Shown here: piece after piece, positions 56,014 to 64,000 of the stretch
How the letters are laid out: the number at the start of each line of letters is the position of its first letter
Numbering within the stretch: the first letter of the stretch is position 1
Assembly (NCBI RefSeq): GCF_009914755.1
Contig: NC_060948.1
Length of the DNA stretch: 64,000 bases
Strand: one strand, 5' to 3'
From: the human T2T-CHM13v2.0 reference genome, Homo sapiens
The notes under the pieces: generated by a model
Database searches by the model: none
Told to the model about the DNA's origin: nothing
What the model saw: the letters and a program-made list of their open reading frames with translations, nothing else
Position numbers and translations under genes: made by a program

Positions 56014-58669
56014 GGCCTGGAATAAAGTGGAATGCTACGGTCTCGAATGGAATAAAAATGTATGGAATGGAATGCAATGAAACGGAATCGAATGTCATAG
56101 AATGTAATGGAATGCAACAAAATGGAATCCAAAATCATTGACTGGAAAGGCTGGGTGTCGAAAGGAATTGACTCCAATGGAATGGAATCGAATGGAATGG
56201 AAGTGAATAGAATCGAACTAAATCGAATGGAATGGAATTGATAGGAACGGAATGGAAAGGAATGCAATGATTTGGCATGGAATGGAATCGAATGGCATCG
56301 AATGGAATGGAATGGAATGCAATGGAATGGAATGTATTAGAATGGAATGAACTTTAATGGAATGTACTCGAATGGATTCGACTGGAATGGAATGTTCTGG
56401 AAGTGAATGGACTCCAATGGAATGGATTCAAAAGGAATGGAATCGTACGGAATGGAATCTAATGGAATGGAATTAAATGGAAATGAATCAAATTGAATAG
56501 CACGGAATTGAATTGAATGGAATGGAATGCAATGGAATCTAATGAAACGGAAAGGAAAGGAATGGAATGGAATGGAATGGGCTGGAATGGAAAGGAATCG
56601 AAACGAATGGAATGGAATCGAAGTGAAGAGACTGGAATGGAATGCACTGGAATGGAAGGGAGTGTAATGGAAGGTTGTCGAAAAAAATGGAATCGAATGG
56701 AATGGAATTGAATGGAACGGAATAGAGTCGAATGGAATTGAATGGAATGGAATGGACTAGAGTGAAATGGAATCGAACCACAAGGAATGGAGAGGAATAG
56801 AATGGTCTCGAATTGAATGGAATCGTATGGAATGGCATCAAACGGAATGGAATGGACAGCCACGGAATGGAATGCACTCGAATGCAATGGAGTCGAAACT
56901 AATGGACTGGAATAGAATGGACTCGACTGGTACGGACTCCAATGGAATGGAATCGAATGGAAGGGAATCGAACGGAATGGACTCGAAGGGAAAAGACTGC
57001 AATGGAAAGGTCTCGAATGGAATGGAAATTAATGGGATGGAATGGAATCGAATGAAATGGAGTCAAAAGGAATGGAATCGAATGGCAAGAAATCGAATGT
57101 AATGGAATCGCAAGGAATTGATGTGAACGGAACGGAATGGAATGGAATCCAAAGGAATGGAATAGAATGGAATGGAATCGAATGGAAAGGACTCGAATGG
57201 AAATCACTCGAATAGAATGCAATTTAATAAAATAGGATCAAATGTAATAGAATGGAATGGAAAGGAATCGAAACGGAAGGAATGGAGACAGATGGAATGG
57301 AATGGAACAGAGAGCAATGGTATAGAATGGAATGGAATCATCTGGAATGGAATTGAATGGAATGGAATAATATGAAATGGAATGGAATGGAATGGAATGG
57401 AATGCCCTTGAATTAAATGGACTGGACTCGAACAGAGTGGAATGGAAAGTGTTGAGATAGAATGGAATGGACTCCTTTGGAATGGTCTAGTATGCAATGC
57501 AATCGACTGGCAGGGAATCAAAAGGAATGTAATCGAATGGATTGGACTGGAATGCAATGGACTCGAATAGATTGGAAACGGAATGCAAAGGAATGGAATG
57601 GAATAGTATGGAATGCAATGGAAGGGAATGGAGTGGAATAGACTAGAGTGGAATGGAATGGACTGGAAAGCAATGGACTGGAATGGAACTTTCTTGGATG
57701 GATGGGAATCAAACGGAATGGAATGCAATGCAATCAAATGGCATGGAATAAAATAGAATGAAAGAGAATCAAATGGAATTGAATCGAATGGAATCGAATG
57801 GATTGGAAAGGAATAGAATGGAATGGAATGGAATTGACTCAAATGGAATGGACTAGAATGGAATGGATTCGAATGGAATGGAATGTCATGGAATGGCATC
57901 AAATGGAATGGCATCAAATGGAATGGAATCGAATGCAATGGAATGCTATGGAATGGAATGGAATGCATTGGAATGGAATGTCCTCTAATGGAATGGATTC
58001 GAGTGGAATGGAATTGAATATAATGGAGTCGAATGAAATGGAATTGAAAGGAATGGGATCGAATACAATGGAATATACTGGAATGTAACGTAATGAACTC
58101 GAATGTAATTGACTGGAATGGAATGTACATGAATGGAATGTAATCGAATGGAAAGTAATCCAATGGAATAGAATCTAATGCAATAAAATCGACTCAGATA
58201 GAGTAGAATGTAATGGAATGGAGTGCAGTGCAATGGAATGGAATGGAATGGAATGCAATGGAATGGAATGGAATGGAATGGAATGGAATGGAATGGAATG
58301 GAATGGGATGGAATGGTATGGAATGGATAGTAATGGACTGGAGTGAAATGGACTGGAAAGGAATGGACTCAAATTGAAAGGGCTCGAAAGGAATGGAGTC
58401 AAATGGAATGGTCTGGAATGGAATGAACACGAATGTAATGCAATCCAATAGAATGGAATCGAATGGCATGGAATATAAAGAAATGGAATCGAAGAGAATG
58501 GAAACAAATGGAATGGAATTGAATGGAATGGAATTGAATGGAATGTGAACGAATGGAGTGAAATTGTATGCAGTAGAAGAGAATAGAATGGAATGCAAGC
58601 GAAAGGAAAGGAATGGATTGGAATGGAATGGAATTCATTGGAATGGAAGGGAATGTAGTGTAATGGACA
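56014..58669. repeat. Deleted DYZ1 monomer 17 (2656 bp, D type)
   Basis: Same junction at 57869-57878; lacks the 15-bp duplication. Confidence 0.9.
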
Positions 58670-61600
58670 GGCCTGGAATAAAGTGGAATGCTACGGTCTC
58701 GAATGGAATAAAAATGTATGGAATGGAATGCAATGAAACGGAATCGAATGTCATAGAATGTAATGGAATGCAAAAAAATGGAATCCAAAATCATTGACTG
58801 GAAAGGCTGGGTGTCGAAAGGAATTGAATCCAATGGAATGGAATCGAATGGAATGGAAGTGAATAGAATCGAACTAAATCGAATGGAATGGAATTGATAG
58901 GAACGGAATGGAAAGGAATGCAATGATTTGGCATGGAATGGAATCGAATGGCATCGAATGGAATGGAATGCAATGCAATGGAATGGAATGTATTAGAATG
59001 TAATGAACTTTAATGGAATGTACTCGAATGGATTCGACTGGAATGGAATGTTCTGGAAGTGAATGGACTCCAATGGAATGGATTCAAAAGGAATGGAATC
59101 GTACGGAATGGAATCTAATGGAATGGAATTAAATGGAAATGAATCAAATTGAATAGCACGGAATTGAATTGAATGGAATGGAATGCAATGGAATCTAATG
59201 AAACGGAAAGGAAAGGAATGGAATGGAATGGAATGGACTGGAATGGAAAGGAATCGAAACGAATGGAATGGAATCGAACTGAAGAGACTGGAATGGAATG
59301 CACTGGAATGGAAGGGAGTGTAATGGAAGGTTGTCGAAAAAAATGGAATCGAATGGAATGGAATTGAATGGAACGGAATAGAGTCGAATGGAATTGAATG
59401 GAATGGAATGGACTAGAGTGAAATGGAATCGAACCACAAGGAATGGACAGGAATAGAATGGTCTCGAATTGAATGGAATCGTATGGAATGGCATCAAACG
59501 GAATGGAATGGACAGCCACGGAATGGAATGCACTCGAATGCAATGGAGTCGAAACTAATGGACTGGAATAGAATGGACTCGACTGGTACGGACTCCAATG
59601 GAATGGAATCGAATGGAAGGGAATCGAACGGAAGGGAATCGAACGGAATGGACTCGAAGGGAAAAGACTGCAATAGAAAGGTCTCGAATGGAATGGAAAT
59701 TAATGGAATGGAATGGAATCGAATGAAATGGAGTCAAAAGGAATGGAATCGAATGGCAAGAAATGGAATGTAATGGAATCGCCAGGAATTGATGTGAACG
59801 GAGCGGAATGGAATGGAATCCAAAGGAATGGAATAGAATGGAATGGAATCGAATGGAAAGGACTCGAATGGAAATCACTCGAATAGAATGCAATTTAATA
59901 AAATAGGATCAAATGTAATGGAATGGAATGGAAAGGAATCGAAACGAAAGGAATGGAGACAGATGGAATGGAATGGAACAGAGAGCAATGGTATAGAATG
60001 GAATGGAATCATCTGGAATGGAATTGAATGGAATGGAATGGAATGCCCTTGAATTAAATGGACTGGAATGGAATGGACTCAAACAGAGTGGAATGGAAAG
60101 TGTTGAGATAGAATGGAATGAACTCCTTTGGAATGGTCTAGTAGGCAATGCAATCGACTGGCAGGGAATCAAAAGGAATGTAATCGAATGGATTGGACTG
60201 GAATGCAATGGACTCGAATAGATTGGAAACGGAATGCAAAGGAATGGAATGGAATAGTATGGAATGGAATGGAAAGGAATGGAGTGGAATAGACTAGAGT
60301 GGAATGGAATGGACTGGAAAGCAATGGACTGGAATGGAACTTTCTTGAATGGACTGGAATCAAACGGAATGGAATGCAATGCAATCAAATGGCATGGAAT
60401 AAAATAGAATGAAAGAGAATCAAATGGAATTGAATCGAATGGAATCGAATGGATTGGAAAGGAATAGAACGGAATGGAATGGAATTGACTCAAATGGAAT
60501 GGACTAGAATGGAATGGATTCGAATGGAAGACAAAGGAATGGAATCTATTGGAATGGACTGTAATGGAATGGAATGGAAGGGATTGGAATGGACTCGAAT
60601 GGAATGGACTGCAATAGAAAGGATTCGAATGGAATGAAAAAGAATTGAATGGAATAGAACAGAATGGAATCAAATCGAATGAAATGGAATGGAATAGAAA
60701 GGAATGGAATGAAATGGAATGAAAAGGATTCCAATGGAATGCAATCGAATGGAATGGAATCGAACGGAATGGAATAAAATGGAAGAAAACTGGCAATAAA
60801 TGGAATCGAAATGAATGGAGTGTTATGGAACGGACTCAAAAGGAATTGAATGTAATAGAATGGAGTGGAGTGGACTCGAATATAATGGACTGGAATGGAA
60901 TGAAATCACATGGAATGGGAACGAATGGAATGGAATGGAAAGGAATGGAATCGAATGGAAAGGAATCGAATGGAGGGAATGAAATTGAATCAACAGGAAT
61001 GGAAGGGAATAGAATAGACGGTAATGGAATGGACTCGAATAGAATGGACACGAATGCTCAAATTGAATGGACTCGAATGGAATGGAAACGAAAGGAATGT
61101 CATCGAATGGAATTGAATCGATTGGAATGAAATCGCATAGAATGGAGTGGAATCAAATGGAATTGAATCGAAAGGAAAGGAAGCGAATGGACTGAAATGA
61201 AATGGAATGGAATTGAATGGAAAGTAACGCAATGGAATAGAATGGAACGAAATTTCACGGAATGGAATCAAACTGAATGGAATCAAATCAATGGAATCAA
61301 ATCAAATGGAATGGAAAGGAATTGAATGGAGTAGATGGGATTGGATGGGATTGGAATGAAATGTACTGGAAAGGACTCGAATTTCATGAAACGGAATGGA
61401 ATGAATTGGAAAGGAATGGACTCGAATGGAATGGAATGTCATGGGATGGCATCAAATGGAATGGCATCAAATGGAATGGAATCGAATGCAATGGAATGCT
61501 ATGGAATGGAATGGAATGCATTGGAATGGAATGTCCTCTAATGGAATGGATTCGAGTGGAATGGAATTGAATATAATGGAGTCGAATGAAATGGAATTGA

Positions 61601-62217
61601 AAGGAATGGGATCGAATACAATGGAATATACTGGAATGTAACGTAATGAACTCGAATGTAATTGACTGGAATGGAATGTACATGAATGGAATGTAATCGA
61701 ATGGAAAGTAATCCAATGGAATAGAATCTAATGCAATAAAATCGACTCAGATAGAGTAGAATGTAATGGAATGGAGTGCAGTGCAATGGAATGGAATGGA
61801 ATGGAATGCAATGGAATGGAATGGAATGGAATGGAATGGAATGGAATGGAATGGGATGGAATGGTATGGAATGGATAGTAATGGACTGGAGTGAAATGGA
61901 CTGGAAAGGAATGGACTCAAATTGAAAGGGCTCGAAAGGAATGGAGTCAAATGGAATGGTCTGGAATGGAATGAACACGAATGTAATGCAACCCAATAGA
62001 ATGGAATCGAATGGCATGGAATATAAAGAAATGGAATCGAAGAGAATGGAAACAAATGGAATGGAATTGAATGGAATGGAATTGAATGGAATGGGAACGA
62101 ATGGAGTGAAATTGTATGCAGTAGAAGAGAATAGAATGGAATGCAAGCGAAAGGAAAGGAATGGATTGGAATGGAATGGAATTCATTGGAATGGAAGGGA
62201 ATGTAGTGTAATGGACA
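58670..62217. repeat. DYZ1 monomer 18 (3548 bp, C head with B-like tail)
   Basis: HaeIII interval; C markers up to ~61230, B-type markers from ~61600. Confidence 0.88.
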
Positions 62218-64000
62218 GGCCTGGAATAAAGTGGAATGCTACGGTCTCGAATGGAATAAAAATGTATGGAATGGAATGCAATGAAACGGAATCGAATGTC
62301 ATAGAATGTAATGGAATGCAAAAAAATGGACTCCAAAATCATTGACTGGAAAGGCTGGGTGTCGAAAGGAATTGACTCCAATGGAATGGAATCGAATGGA
62401 ATGGAAGTGAATAGAATCGAACTAAATCGAATGGAATGGAATTGATAGGAACGGAATGGAAAGGAATGCAATGATTTGGCATGGAATGGAATCGAATGGC
62501 ATCGAATGGAATGGAATGGAATGCAATGGAATGGAATGTATTAGAATGGAATGAACTTTAATGGAATGTACTCGAATGGATTCGACTGGAATGGAATGTT
62601 CTGGAAGTGAATGGACTCCAATGGAATGGATTCAAAAGGAATGGAATCGTACGGAATGGAATCTAATGGAATGGAATTAAATGGAAATGAATCAAATTGA
62701 ATAGCACGGAATTGAATTGAATGGAATGGAATGCAATGGAATCTAATGAAACGGAAAGGAAAGGAATGGAATGGAATGGAATGGGCTGGAATGGAAAGGA
62801 ATCGAAACGAATGGAATGGAATCGAACTGAAGAGACTGGAATGGAATGCACTGGAATGGAAGGGAGTGTAATGGAAGGTTCTCGAAAAAAATGGAATCGA
62901 ATGGAATGGAATTGAATGGAACGGAATAGAGTCGAATGGAATTGAATGGAATGGAATGGACTAGAGTGAAATGGAATCGAACCACAAGGAATGGACAGGA
63001 ATAGAATGGTCTCGAATTGAATGGAATCGTATGGAATGGCATCAAACGGAATGGAATGGACAGCCACGGAATGGAATGCACTCGAATGCAATGGAGTCGA
63101 AACTAACGGACTGGAATAGAATGGACTCGATTGGTACGGACTCCAATGGAATGGAATCGAATGGAAGGGAATCGAACGGAAGGGAATCGAACGGAATGGA
63201 CTCGAAGGGAAAAGACTGCAATGGAAAGGTCTCGAATGGAATGGAAATTAATGGAATGGAATGGAATCGAATGAAATGGAGTCAAAAGGAATGGAATCGA
63301 ATGGCAAGAAATCGAATGTAATGGAATCGCAAGGAATTGATGTGAACGGAACGGAATGGAATGGAATCCAAAGGAATGGAATAGAATGGAATGGAATCGA
63401 ATGGAAAGGACTCGAATGGAAATCACTCGAATAGAATGCAATTTAATAAAATAGGATCAAATGTAATAGAATGGAATGGAAAGGAATCGAAACGGAAGGA
63501 ATGGAGACAGATGGAATGGAATGGAACAGAGAGCAATGGTATAGAATGGAATGGAATCATCTGGAATGGAATTGAATGGAATGGAATAATATGAAATGGA
63601 ATGGAATGGAATGGAATGGAATGCCCTTGAATTAAATGGACTGGACTCGAACAGAGTGGAATGGAAAGTGTTGAGATAGAATGGAATGGACTCCTTTGGA
63701 ATGGTCTAGTATGCAATGCAATCGACTGGCAGGGAATCAAAAGGAATGTAATCGAATGGATTGGACTGGAATGCAATGGACTCGAATAGATTGGAAACGG
63801 AATGCAAAGGAATGGAATGGAATAGTATGGAATGCAATGGAAGGGAATGGAGTGGAATAGACTAGAGTGGAATGGAATGGACTGGAAAGCAATGGACTGG
63901 AATGGAACTTTCTTGGATGGATGGGAATCAAACGGAATGGAATGCAATGCAATCAAATGGCATGGAATAAAATAGAATGAAAGAGAATCAAATGGAATTG
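62218..64000. repeat. Partial DYZ1 monomer 19 (D-type head)
   Basis: Carries D markers ACTAACGGAC, CTCGATTGGTAC, TGGACTGGACTCG and GGATGGGAATC. Confidence 0.88.

Larger units (their letters stand above)
1..64000. repeat. DYZ1: Human satellite 3 array, DYZ1-type (HSat3A6, Yq12), ~3.56-kb tandem unit of diverged GGAAT/CATTC pentamers
   Basis: Seen: continuous GGAAT-based pentamers with a ~3.56-kb period and one GGCC plus one GAATTC per unit (e.g. GAATTC 1362, GGCC 1401); four intervals are exactly 3564 bp. Established: 3564 bp is the classical DYZ1 unit, and the reverse complement upstream of the HaeIII site (CCTGTCCATTACACTACATTCCCTTCCATTCCAATGAATTCC...) matches the DYZ1 start as I recall it. 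Confidence 0.97.

Noticed and set aside
92-63956. Hundreds of 60-328 aa ORFs (MEWNG-rich on +, FHSIP-rich on -)
   Set aside because: They are translations of a stop-poor pentamer in all frames, recur once per unit, have no recognisable domain, and are made or broken by 5-bp indels.
1-64000. CRISPR-like or other repeat-spacer system
   Set aside because: No constant repeats separated by unique spacers and no associated genes; variation is point mutation of a pentamer.
1-64000. DYZ2/HSat1B block, Alu or L1 insertion, or strand inversion
   Set aside because: No AT-rich or Alu-like segment, no poly-A with target-site duplication, and no switch to CATTC on the + strand anywhere.
1-64000. Assignment to HSat2 or to the 1.8-kb autosomal HSat3 families
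   Set aside because: The period is ~3.56 kb with single HaeIII and EcoRI sites and DYZ1-specific sequence, and there is no HSat2-type GAATCATCGAATG periodicity.

Overview
The whole 64 kb is one uninterrupted, single-orientation tandem array of diverged (GGAAT)n pentamers organised into a ~3.56-kb unit with one HaeIII/StuI site (AGGCCT) and one EcoRI site per unit. This is human satellite 3 of the DYZ1 type (HSat3A6, Yq12 heterochromatin); the classical CATTC strand is the minus strand. There are 19 HaeIII sites, giving 18 complete intervals of 3564, 3564, 3534, 3564, 3554, 2128, 3574, 3544, 3579, 3579, 3584, 3584, 3564, 2671, 3513, 3513, 2656 and 3548 bp. I found no credible genes, transposons, DYZ2 blocks or inversions; every listed ORF is a translation of the pentamer (MEWNG/FHSIP). 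I do not see a new gene system. The interesting signal is sub-structure: (i) up to three perfect heat-shock elements (nGAAnnTTCnnGAAn) per unit, one invariant in all 18 copies and two polymorphic; (ii) three haplotype domains (A ~1-21.3 kb, B ~21.3-46.3 kb, C/D ~46.3-64 kb); (iii) a 2128-bp partial duplication and a recurrent 903-bp deletion, both with pentamer-phased microhomology junctions; (iv) a probable 15.9-kb five-unit super-repeat that predicts another deletion junction just past the window end. All comparisons were done by eye and need confirming by alignment.
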